Shown here piece by piece: positions 1 through 8,148 of a stretch of DNA of 64,000 bases. The stretch comes from an uncultured bacterium (GTDB taxonomy: Bacteria > Patescibacteriota > Minisyncoccia > UBA6257 > 2-01-FULL-56-20), in contig OY970175.1 of the NCBI GenBank assembly GCA_963707865.1, positions 822,028-886,027 of the forward strand, in the 5' to 3' direction. Below the pieces are notes generated by a model. That model saw nothing but the letters and a program-made list of their open reading frames with translations. It did no database searches and was not told where the DNA came from. A program made the translations under genes and the position numbers. Numbering within the stretch: the first letter of the stretch is position 1; each line of letters starts with the position of its first letter.

Positions 1-780
1 CACGACAACGTCTTATTCTTTACGAACCGCGGACGCGCCTTTCAGACGAAGGTATATGAGATCCCGCAGGCGACGCGCATCTCAAAAGGCAAGGCCATCC
101 AGAACTTTTTGGAGCTGCCGGCGGACGAAACGGTTAGCGCAATCGTGAACTACTCCGCGAGAGGTCCAAAACACGCAGAGAAAAAATATTTGATGATGGT
201 TACGAAGCGGGGGGTGATCAAAAAGTCGCCACTTGGGGATTTTGAAAATATCCGCCGCACCGGCATCATTGCGATCAAGCTCAAAAAAGGAGATCAGCTC
301 AAATGGGCGCGGCTCACGGGCGGTGCGGACCAGGTGATCCTCGTCACGCGCCAAGGACAGTCCATCCGCTTTGATGAAAAGCAGGTGCGTTCCATGGGGC
401 GGGCCGCGGCGGGCGTCCGTGCGATTAAGCTTAAGAAGCAGAACGACGAAGTCGCGGGCTTTGATATAATCAAAGGAGGAGAAGAAAAGCTCCTTGTGGT
501 TATGGAGAACGGTTTCGCAAAGCAGACGCCGCTCAAGGAATATAAGACACAGAGCCGAGGCGGATCGGGCGTGAAGACCGCGGAAATCACGGCGAAGACA
601 GGACCCCTGACCTCCGCGCACGTCGTGACCGAAGAGAAGGAGGTCTTCGCGCTTTCGGCGAAGGGGCAGATGATCCGCACCGAGCTCAAGGCGGTGCGCA
701 CGACGGGGCGCGCGGCGCAGGGCGTGCACATCATGAATCTGAAGAGCGGCGATCGGTTGGCCGGCACCGTTGTCATCTAA
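1..780 (+). CDS. gyrA: DNA gyrase subunit A, C-terminal beta-pinwheel (5' truncated by window)
   Basis: Frame open from base 1 (HDNVLFFTNRGRAF...). GyrA CTD blade repeats (TKRGVIKK, RSMGRAAAGVRAIKL, QSRGGSGVK, GRAAQGVHIMNL). Confidence 0.95.
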   Translation, partial: HDNVLFFTNRGRAFQTKVYEIPQATRISKGKAIQNFLELPADETVSAIVNYSARGPKHAEKKYLMMVTKRGVIKKSPLGDFENIRRTGIIAIKLKKGDQLKWARLTGGADQVILVTRQGQSIRFDEKQVRSMGRAAAGVRAIKLKKQNDEVAGFDIIKGGEEKLLVVMENGFAKQTPLKEYKTQSRGGSGVKTAEITAKTGPLTSAHVVTEEKEVFALSAKGQMIRTELKAVRTTGRAAQGVHIMNLKSGDRLAGTVVI

Positions 781-783
781 TAA

Positions 784-2070
784 ATGCCCGCAAAATTTTC
801 CAAAAAACAGATCGTTATCATCGGGGGAGGGATCGTCGTTTTGATTGTCGTTGTCTTCCTCCTTTACGTCGGGTTACGACCAAAGGTGAACACCGGTTCG
901 GGGGTTGCACTTACCGTGTGGGGCACCGAGGATAGCGGGACTTTCGGGGGTCTCCTCGCGTCGTATCCGTACGGGAAGGTGACGTATGTGCAGGTTGATC
1001 CCGCGAACTACCATTCCCAGGTTCTCTCCGCCCTCGCGGCGGGTACCGGCCCTGACGTGTTTGAAGTAAGTAACCGTGAACTCTCAAAGTGGACGTCGGT
1101 GCTCATGCCGATCCCCGCTTCCTCAACGCAGTTCGGTGTCCTCCAGCTTCAAAACTTGTTCCCCGACGCGGTGGCGAGGGATTTTGTTTGGAGTGGGGGA
1201 ATTTATGGACTTCCACTTTCCATTGACACGCTCGCCATGGTGTACAACAAAGATCTTTTTAACGCCGCAGGCATCGCGGTTCCTCCCGCAACCTGGGACG
1301 ATTTTGACGCGGATGTTGTGAAACTTCGCAGCGTGAATGTCTCGGGACAGCTTGTGCGGGCGGCGGCGGCGATCGGCGGCTCGCGCGCGAGCATCCCGAA
1401 CGCCGTTGATATCCTTTCGCTGCTTATGCTCCAAAGCGGGACGCAGATGACGAACAACAAGGGAACCGCCGCGACATTTTTCGACGGCGGGGACAACAGG
1501 ACCACGGGCATAACCGCGTTCAATTTCTACCTGCAATTTGCGAATGCCGTTTCACCGTATTACACCTGGAATGACGGCATGGGGAACGCGGTTGACAGTT
1601 TCGTGGCGGGAAAGACGGCGATCATATTTGCATACCAGTCGGATCTCACGACGATAGAGGCAAAGGCGCCTTACCTCAATATAGGCATCGCGCAAATGCC
1701 GCAGGCGAACGGGGCGAGCATGCCCGTGAACTATCCGGAGTACGACGGCTTCGCGGCGGCGAAAGCGGGCAAGTCGGCCGATGCCTGGAACCTCATCTTT
1801 TATCTCGCGACAAATGCGACGAACGCGGCGGCATATCAAAGCGCGACCGGTAAACCGCCCGCGCTCCGCGCCCTGATTCAGGCAGAGTCAAACAACGCCT
1901 CCCTTTCCGTTTTTGCCACACAGATTTTGACTGCGGAATCATGGTACGAGGCCGACGATACCCAGATAAACGCCATTTTTGACACTGCCATAAAGAACGT
2001 GCTCAGCGGTTCTGCAGATTCATCGCGAGCTTTGAACCAAGCACAAACGGCCGTCAGTCAATTAATGTGA
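784..2070 (+). CDS. Extracellular solute-binding protein (family 1, sugar-binding type), N-terminal membrane anchor
   Basis: TM helix, then LTVWG, AAGTGPDVF, IYGLPLSIDTLAMVYNKDLF, PPATWDDF, FVAGKTAIIF motifs. Confidence 0.85.
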   Translation: MPAKFSKKQIVIIGGGIVVLIVVVFLLYVGLRPKVNTGSGVALTVWGTEDSGTFGGLLASYPYGKVTYVQVDPANYHSQVLSALAAGTGPDVFEVSNRELSKWTSVLMPIPASSTQFGVLQLQNLFPDAVARDFVWSGGIYGLPLSIDTLAMVYNKDLFNAAGIAVPPATWDDFDADVVKLRSVNVSGQLVRAAAAIGGSRASIPNAVDILSLLMLQSGTQMTNNKGTAATFFDGGDNRTTGITAFNFYLQFANAVSPYYTWNDGMGNAVDSFVAGKTAIIFAYQSDLTTIEAKAPYLNIGIAQMPQANGASMPVNYPEYDGFAAAKAGKSADAWNLIFYLATNATNAAAYQSATGKPPALRALIQAESNNASLSVFATQILTAESWYEADDTQINAIFDTAIKNVLSGSADSSRALNQAQTAVSQLM

Positions 2071-2080
2071 TACTTATAAG

Positions 2081-2545
2081 ATGAAAACGAAACTTATCGG
2101 TGCTCTAGCCTTGTTTGCGATCATAACACCGTATCTTGCGTTCGCATGCAATGCACACAGCACTGTGTGGGATCCGAGCATCCTGAAGGGGCCACTTATC
2201 TCGTGCACGGGAGCAGGTACGGCTGGCGGGACGGACAATGCGAATTGTCATGACCTTTGCGATCTCGTCTGCACCGCGGGGAACGTTATCTATTTCGGTA
2301 TCGGCGTTGTGATCTGGATTATCGCGCCGATTATGATTGCGTGGAGTGGGATTATGCTGCTCATCTCGCGCGGAAGTCCAGAAAAGACAAGTGAGGCGCG
2401 CAAAATGATAACGAGTGTCGTCATAGGATTATTCATCGTCCTTTGCGCGTACATCATCGTGTATACATTTACGCATGTTCTTTTTTCCGCGGTCGGCACC
2501 GTACCTATTGGTGGTTTCGGAGGGCCTGCCTGTACCGTCCAATAA
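2081..2545 (+). CDS. VirB2/TrbC-like (T4SS-type) pilin, Cys-rich N-terminus
   Basis: Signal peptide, two TM helices flanking SRGSPEKTSEARKMITSVVIG. Confidence 0.75.
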   Translation: MKTKLIGALALFAIITPYLAFACNAHSTVWDPSILKGPLISCTGAGTAGGTDNANCHDLCDLVCTAGNVIYFGIGVVIWIIAPIMIAWSGIMLLISRGSPEKTSEARKMITSVVIGLFIVLCAYIIVYTFTHVLFSAVGTVPIGGFGGPACTVQ

Positions 2546-2552
2546 GCAATAG

Positions 2553-3476
2553 ATGAATTCAGTACTGATCAACATTAACTCCAATCTTCCCGGTTCGGCG
2601 CCCGCAACTTCTATCTCCGGCTTCGTTAGCAATTTCTACAGTTTTGCCCTTCTCGTGGCGGGCATTCTTGCCTTCGGTGCGATCGTCTACGGCGGTATCA
2701 AGTATGCGGCGAGTCGCGGCAACCCTTCGGCTGAGAGCGAGGGAAGAAGCTGGATCACCGGCGCGCTCCTTGGGCTTCTCTTGCTCGCCGGCGCGTACGT
2801 CGTTCTCTACACCGTGAATCCGCAGCTCGTTTCGCTCCAGATTGCCGGACTCGCCGTCCTTCCTGCTCCGCCTCCCGCCCCCCCATCTCCGGCCCCCCCG
2901 CCCGCGCCTACAGGCCCGGGGACATGCCCCATACCACAGCTTTCCCCAATCATTGATCCAGTAGCTTTGCAGATGGAAAACGGTTCGTCGTTGCTTTGGT
3001 CTACGGGAGGAAGGGATTCCAATGTTGATAAAAACCTGGCGAAATTACAGTCAGAGTTCCAAAAATTGCAGGCGGTCGTCGGCGCGGCAGGTGGCCGCGC
3101 GGCGCCGAACTCCGCGTATCGCCCCCTCGGATATCAGATGCACCTTTATGAAATTTACCAAGACTCGGAGATGCTCTTTGCGAATCCGGACTATGCCAAT
3201 CGGCCCGAGTGCGCGCAAATCGTGGCCACGCTCAAAGCCGAAGAGAACAAGCACGGAGTCTGCAGAACCTCCAACCCCTGTTTGGTAGCGGCGCCGAGTG
3301 GTTGCGCTCCTCATGTGAGAGGGATTGGCGTAGATATAGGATTGACCGGAGTGACGTACGATTCCATCAATGCGTTGCTGCAGAGCAACAACATTGATCT
3401 GCGATGGCAAGGATTGCCCGGCGACCAAGTGCACTTCAATCTACAGAATCCGCCCTATACCGGTTGCGGAGGTTAA
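2553..3476 (+). CDS. VirB2/TrbC-like pilin fused via Pro-rich linker to M15-family Zn metallopeptidase domain
   Basis: Pilin core GGIKYAASRGNPS...ITGALLGL...TVNP; PPAPPSPAPPPAP linker; SAYR..Q, H-x6-D (PHVRGIGVD) and DQVH motifs. Confidence 0.75.
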   Translation: MNSVLININSNLPGSAPATSISGFVSNFYSFALLVAGILAFGAIVYGGIKYAASRGNPSAESEGRSWITGALLGLLLLAGAYVVLYTVNPQLVSLQIAGLAVLPAPPPAPPSPAPPPAPTGPGTCPIPQLSPIIDPVALQMENGSSLLWSTGGRDSNVDKNLAKLQSEFQKLQAVVGAAGGRAAPNSAYRPLGYQMHLYEIYQDSEMLFANPDYANRPECAQIVATLKAEENKHGVCRTSNPCLVAAPSGCAPHVRGIGVDIGLTGVTYDSINALLQSNNIDLRWQGLPGDQVHFNLQNPPYTGCGG

Positions 3477-3493
3477 AAATTAACAGCAATATT

Positions 3494-4039
3494 ATGAAAA
3501 AAACGATAATCGTGGTGGTATGCATAGCTGCAATTCTTGGCGTTGGCCTCCTTGTGTTTTTCCTTGTTGGTCGCAAAAACGGAGGCCTAACAAATACAAA
3601 CAGCGCTCCTTCCTTGCCGTCTGTTGGAACGACGGGAACGGGGTCGCAGGCGGAGCCACTTGTCGTGAGCGCGCTTCCCACGAACACACCGCAGGGCAAC
3701 ACGCTTGTGCTTCAGGGTGCGAAGGGCGGCGTCACTGTGAACAATTTTTATAAGGATGCAAAAGGATACTGGCAGGAAATGGATGCGGTTGTTCTTGAGA
3801 AGGCGACCGCGTACACCATCTGGTACTACCGCTCCGACAGCAGTTTTGTGATTGATATGGGAGAAGGAGCGACAGGGAGCGATCAAAAAGGAGCGGAAGA
3901 TTCCCTCGCGCAGATGCTCGGCGTGAGCGGGCGCGATTTCTGCAATCTATCAATCTACGCCACCATCGTGGAAGATAAAGTGACGGGCGTGCGGGAGGCT
4001 ACGTCCCTGGATATGTGCCAAGCCGGGGCATTCCAGTAA
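3494..4039 (+). CDS. Membrane-anchored exported hypothetical protein
   Basis: MKK plus TM helix, Ser/Thr linker, globular domain with two Cys. Start moved to ATG 3494. Confidence 0.65.
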   Translation: MKKTIIVVVCIAAILGVGLLVFFLVGRKNGGLTNTNSAPSLPSVGTTGTGSQAEPLVVSALPTNTPQGNTLVLQGAKGGVTVNNFYKDAKGYWQEMDAVVLEKATAYTIWYYRSDSSFVIDMGEGATGSDQKGAEDSLAQMLGVSGRDFCNLSIYATIVEDKVTGVREATSLDMCQAGAFQ

Positions 4040-4068
4040 CGGCCGCACCGTGCTACGCTGTAGATAAT

Positions 4069-4437
4069 ATGAGGACGGTGGGAAAAATCTTAAGGCGGAT
4101 CGGATACGTAATTGTTTTGACAATTCTCGGTGTTGTTTCGGTCGCTTCTGCGGCCAGTGCCCCCCCCACACTCACGAACCCCTTGGGAAGCAGCTGTAAC
4201 GACCTGACCTGTCCCCTGACCGCCGTCATGAACTTCATTTTCACTATCTCCATTCCTATCTGTGGTATTATTATCCTGATCGGAGGCTTTCAGATGATGA
4301 CAGCGGCGGGGGATCCGGAAAAATTCAGCACCGGGAAGAAAACCATCCTTTATGCGGTCATCGGGTTCGTGGTTGTTCTTCTCGCGGGAAGCGTCGCCAA
4401 GCTCATTCAGAGCATATTGGGCGGCGGGTCAAGCTAA
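4069..4437 (+). CDS. VirB2/TrbC-like pilin
   Basis: Signal peptide, LTNPL, GGFQMMTAAGDPEKFSTGKKTILYAVIG core. Confidence 0.8.
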   Translation: MRTVGKILRRIGYVIVLTILGVVSVASAASAPPTLTNPLGSSCNDLTCPLTAVMNFIFTISIPICGIIILIGGFQMMTAAGDPEKFSTGKKTILYAVIGFVVVLLAGSVAKLIQSILGGGSS

Positions 4438-4450
4438 TAATTTATCGGGC

Positions 4451-4816
4451 ATGGAAAAGATAAAAAATTTGACGGTTGGTGCGATCGGTTCACTCACGAC
4501 GTCGCTTATCACGGTTGTGAACGCGGCGCCAGCTCCTACGAACGTCATCACGAGTCCGTCAGATATTACCACTCTCCTCTGCGATGTATTGAACTGGGTC
4601 TATTGGGGGCTCATCGTAGTGGGAATAATAATGTTCCTCATAGGCGGCTACCGCTATGCGACGTCGGCGGGAGATCCCGAAAGCGTCAGTAAGGCGAACA
4701 AAACGCTTCTTTATGCCGCGATCGCGATCGTAATCGCGCTAGTGGCGAGAGGAGTGCCGCTCTTCATAGGAAGCGTCTTCGGTGTACAGGCTTCAAGTTT
4801 GAGCGTGTGCCCGTAA
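4451..4816 (+). CDS. VirB2/TrbC-like pilin
   Basis: GGYRYATSAGDPESVSKANKTLLYAAIA core between two TM helices. Confidence 0.8.
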   Translation: MEKIKNLTVGAIGSLTTSLITVVNAAPAPTNVITSPSDITTLLCDVLNWVYWGLIVVGIIMFLIGGYRYATSAGDPESVSKANKTLLYAAIAIVIALVARGVPLFIGSVFGVQASSLSVCP

Positions 4817-4832
4817 TGGTATAATAAAAACG

Positions 4833-5249
4833 ATGGTGAGGAACATGTTTTACAAACTTAATTCGCGGACAGGCCGGATGTTTCTTTCTGGATTACTCGC
4901 AACTTCCTCGTTTTTTGTGGCACAAGTCGCCGGGGCAACGATTACTCTGAATCCACCGAATGACGTAAAGGCTCCTGTGACGACGCTCGCGACGGGCGAC
5001 ATCACTACCCTTTTCTGCGGCATCATTAACTGGGTTTTCTGGGGGCTCATTGTGCTCGCCGTTGTTATGACTTTGGTGGGGGGTTACCAGTACGCGGTGT
5101 CGTCGGGAGATCCGGAAAAGGTTGGCAAAGCAAACAAAACGCTTCTTTATGCCGCGATCGCGGCTGCGGTTGCCATATGCGCGTGGGGAGTTCCCTCGCT
5201 CATTGGCAGTATCTTGGGTGCCGGCACCCTTGGCACGTTTTGCAAATAA
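4833..5249 (+). CDS. VirB2/TrbC-like pilin
   Basis: GGYQYAVSSGDPEKVGKANKTLLYAAIA core. Confidence 0.8.
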   Translation: MVRNMFYKLNSRTGRMFLSGLLATSSFFVAQVAGATITLNPPNDVKAPVTTLATGDITTLFCGIINWVFWGLIVLAVVMTLVGGYQYAVSSGDPEKVGKANKTLLYAAIAAAVAICAWGVPSLIGSILGAGTLGTFCK

Positions 5250-5254
5250 GAACA

Positions 5255-5668
5255 ATGAGGAAATTTAAGACAACACCTCTTTTTGCAGCAGTTGGCGCGA
5301 CGATTTTAGCGGCGATGGCTTTTGCGCGGACCGCCGCTGGTCTCGCGGGCCCCCCGACGCCTCCCGGTATGACTGGGTTGCCCGTGAGTCCGGTTCAGGA
5401 TGTTTATAGCGTTGCCAGCATTGCGTGCGGCATCCTTTTGTGGATCTTTTGGCTTCTCATTATGTTTGCCATCATCATGTTTCTTATAGGCGGCTACCGG
5501 TATGCGACCTCGGCGGGTGAGCCAGAAAAAGTGCAGAGTGCGAATAAGACACTTCTTTATGCCGCAATCGCGGTCGTTGTGGCTCTCTGCGCGTGGGGGA
5601 TTCCAACCCTTATAGACAGTTTCCTGGGAGGATTTAACTGGCGGATGCTCGTGAGCATCTGTGGATAG
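5255..5668 (+). CDS. VirB2/TrbC-like pilin
   Basis: GGYRYATSAGEPEKVQSANKTLLYAAIA core. Start moved to ATG 5255. Confidence 0.8.
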   Translation: MRKFKTTPLFAAVGATILAAMAFARTAAGLAGPPTPPGMTGLPVSPVQDVYSVASIACGILLWIFWLLIMFAIIMFLIGGYRYATSAGEPEKVQSANKTLLYAAIAVVVALCAWGIPTLIDSFLGGFNWRMLVSICG

Positions 5669-5744
5669 CAAGAGAACTTGTCGGTTATCTTGAGACGAGA
5701 TATACTAAAACGGTAACTGGAAAGGTCGAAAACTCTCATTATTC

Positions 5745-6131
5745 ATGAAAACAGTAAAAGAATTTGCGAAGGGACTGGTAGCGCCGGTCCTCGCGCTCGG
5801 ACTTCCGCTTGTGGCATTGGGGCAGTTTCAGGGGCCGGGCGTGACAGCACCCGCGTCGCCGGTTACAGGCATATCGCAGATCTCAGGCACGAACGGTCTC
5901 CTCTGCACGATCATTAACTGGCTGTTTTATTTAATGATCATCTTGGCCATCATCTTCGTTTTCGTCGCAGCGTTCAAGTACTTAACTGCCGCGGGCGATC
6001 CTGAAAAGGTGAAGTCGGCAGGGAGTACGCTGCTTTATGCGGTCATCGCCGTTGTGATCGCGCTCGTCGCGAAGGGCATACCACTGATCATCTCAAGCTT
6101 CCTTGGTGGGACCGTCTTCACCGCGTGCTAG
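5745..6131 (+). CDS. VirB2/TrbC-like pilin (probable major subunit, own promoter)
   Basis: AFKYLTAAGDPEKVKSAGSTLLYAVIA core. TATACT at 5701 upstream and terminator downstream. Confidence 0.8.
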   Translation: MKTVKEFAKGLVAPVLALGLPLVALGQFQGPGVTAPASPVTGISQISGTNGLLCTIINWLFYLMIILAIIFVFVAAFKYLTAAGDPEKVKSAGSTLLYAVIAVVIALVAKGIPLIISSFLGGTVFTAC

Positions 6132-6169
6132 CCGACCACCATCCGAATCTTGTCACGGCTGCATTTTTC

Positions 6170-6193
6170 AAAAGGCCCCCTGCGGGGCCTTTT
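6170..6193. terminator. Intrinsic terminator (bidirectional type)
   Basis: AAAAGGCCCC-ctgc-GGGGCCTTTT between convergent genes. Confidence 0.8.
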
Positions 6194-6347
6194 GGGTTCA
6201 TGGCATCGTGCCGCGGGGGAGATGACGATAGTATACGCAAACGGGAGCAAGGCGGCTCTGGTCTTATATAAAAACAGAATCCCGCCGGCGTGTATAGTGC
6301 TTTTGAGCGCACGCGCGGCGGGTCAATTGAATCGGTACGAAAAAACT

Positions 6348-7238
6348 TCATTGGATACGCTGGTACCGAAGCGTTCCAAGGCCCTGCAGGCACTGCTCCC
6401 GCGGCTTGTTATTTAGCCGCTCGTCGTCAAGGTCAGGAGGGTTTACTCCCCAGGGGCCGTACGACACGGTGAACCCCGAAAAGAGAATCCCAAAGTGGCG
6501 GTCGGGCTGGAATGTGACCCAATATTGGCACCACTGCGTCCAGTCGTCCGGCACGACGATGTGCCCCTCCTTACAGAACTCTCCCTTCCCAGAATCGCCC
6601 AGGTCTCCCAAGAGCACGACATCAAAATATTTGATCTTGTCGTGCTTGTGATTGTTGGTTCCATTCGCGTCCTCCTCGTAGAGGTGACGCGAGATGGAGG
6701 TCGGGTCGGGGTTGTAGTTTGGGTAGCCGCCCGCGCTCCAAAGATCGAAACCTGGAGCAAGGCCGAAGCCTTGAGACCGGGCGAACAGAACCGTTATCAA
6801 TATCATGCTGAGTACTAAAACCCTCCGGAACCATTTGTATTGGTTTGCCAAACGGAGGAATATGTACGACAGCACTACGAATATCAACGCAGCCGTCAGT
6901 CTCTGTTTCATTTGAGCTAGGCCTGTAGGCGCGGGAATGATCAGGAGCAGTGCATATGCTCCCGCGGCGAAAACCAACCCAACAACGAATGAGGCCCAGC
7001 GTAGAGTAGGGGTGGTAAGCCCGACGATGATAGTCACTACTGGTTGTCTTGTGAGGACCAGTGTCACGACCACTCCGAAAACCATCGCGAGCCATGGGAG
7101 AGCCTCCGGCATCCAAATTGCCGATGCCAAAATGAGGAGGATGAGGACGAGCCCTATGCGAAGCAGGGCTCGCACAACGAAATTGCCGGACCTCACGAGG
7201 GCCTCCAGAATCCTTCGGACTTCTCTTGCAGTTCCCAT
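6348..7238 (-). CDS. Hypothetical polytopic membrane protein with C-terminal soluble domain
   Basis: About 5-6 hydrophobic helices; strong AGGAGG upstream of ATG. Confidence 0.65.
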   Translation of the reverse strand: MGTAREVRRILEALVRSGNFVVRALLRIGLVLILLILASAIWMPEALPWLAMVFGVVVTLVLTRQPVVTIIVGLTTPTLRWASFVVGLVFAAGAYALLLIIPAPTGLAQMKQRLTAALIFVVLSYIFLRLANQYKWFRRVLVLSMILITVLFARSQGFGLAPGFDLWSAGGYPNYNPDPTSISRHLYEEDANGTNNHKHDKIKYFDVVLLGDLGDSGKGEFCKEGHIVVPDDWTQWCQYWVTFQPDRHFGILFSGFTVSYGPWGVNPPDLDDERLNNKPREQCLQGLGTLRYQRIQ

Positions 7239-7247
7239 ATTTCCTCC

Positions 7248-7937
7248 TCAGAAGATCAGGCTAAAGAGATCCTTCAACCGTTGGATCCTTCGGCCCTTTC
7301 CTCCCTTTTTCGCCCCGGGCAAACCCTCCGTCCAGTCGGCGATTACTTTCACTCTAGATGCCAAAAGCCTGTCCAACGCCTTCAATTCGGGCTCAATCTC
7401 TTTCCACCCGGCTCGGACATCCTGCTTGAATTTCCTCAGGTCCTCAATCGTGATTTTCCTGGGGGCCGTAGCGGGCTGTTGGGTTTTCTCACGAATGAGA
7501 TCCGCGAGACGGATCCGCAACTGAAGTTCCTTTTTCAGTTGCACGAACACGTCCTTTGCTGCTTTCGTATTCTTGGCTGCCTGGAGCCGCGTGGTGGCGG
7601 ATTTCTGGAAATCTTTGACCCAACTCAGATCGGAAGAGGTCTTCCCCCCTCCCTTACTCTGTTCGCCGATGCTGCGGCCGATGTTCTCCGTGAAGTCGCC
7701 GAGCTTCTCCACTAGCATACCCAGTATCGGTGACTTGACCGGGTCAGTTTTTGACTCGATCCAGCCAGCAAGAGGTCCAAGCATCCTCTCGAAGAGAGGT
7801 GACTTGGCCCAATCTGGAAGGAGAGACGCAACCCAATCTGCTCCCCTTTCCGTCTCTCGGTCGAAAACTTTCGACAGCTCAATCAATAGATTTTTTCGGC
7901 TTTCCTGTTTCGGCGTCGGACCATTCGCGTTCGCCAT
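7248..7937 (-). CDS. Hypothetical helical/coiled-coil protein
   Basis: ATG 7937 preceded by AAGGAGG; charged helical sequence. Confidence 0.65.
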   Translation of the reverse strand: MANANGPTPKQESRKNLLIELSKVFDRETERGADWVASLLPDWAKSPLFERMLGPLAGWIESKTDPVKSPILGMLVEKLGDFTENIGRSIGEQSKGGGKTSSDLSWVKDFQKSATTRLQAAKNTKAAKDVFVQLKKELQLRIRLADLIREKTQQPATAPRKITIEDLRKFKQDVRAGWKEIEPELKALDRLLASRVKVIADWTEGLPGAKKGGKGRRIQRLKDLFSLIF

Positions 7938-8001
7938 ATGAAACCTCCTTAATTGAATTTTCTGGCTCATGCGTGGGTTCGCCCTCGCATGTGCTTCGTA
8001 C

Positions 8002-8030
8002 ATAATAGCATAGAATCTACAATTTGTCAA
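8002..8030 (-). promoter_or_regulatory. Sigma70 promoter for the 7937/7238 gene pair
   Basis: TTGACA-N17-TATTAT with extended TG on the minus strand. Confidence 0.7.
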
Positions 8031-8065
8031 ATATCTTAAATTGTCTTAATATAACAATAGGTTTT

Positions 8066-8146
8066 GCTGGGGTGGCGAAATGGCAAACGCACTGGCTTTA
8101 GGAGCCAGCGCCGCAAGGCTTGTGGGTTCAAGTCCCACCCCCAGCA
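8066..8146 (+). tRNA. tRNA-Leu(TAG)
   Basis: Acceptor GCTGGGG/CCCCAGC, anticodon arm CTGGC-tt TAG ga-GCCAG, variable arm, GGTTCAAGTCC T-loop. No encoded CCA. Confidence 0.95.
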
Positions 8147-8148
8147 CG

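Noticed and set aside
2081-6131. Diversity-generating retroelement acting on the pilins
   Set aside because: No reverse transcriptase, and differences between repeats are synonymous rather than adenine-specific.
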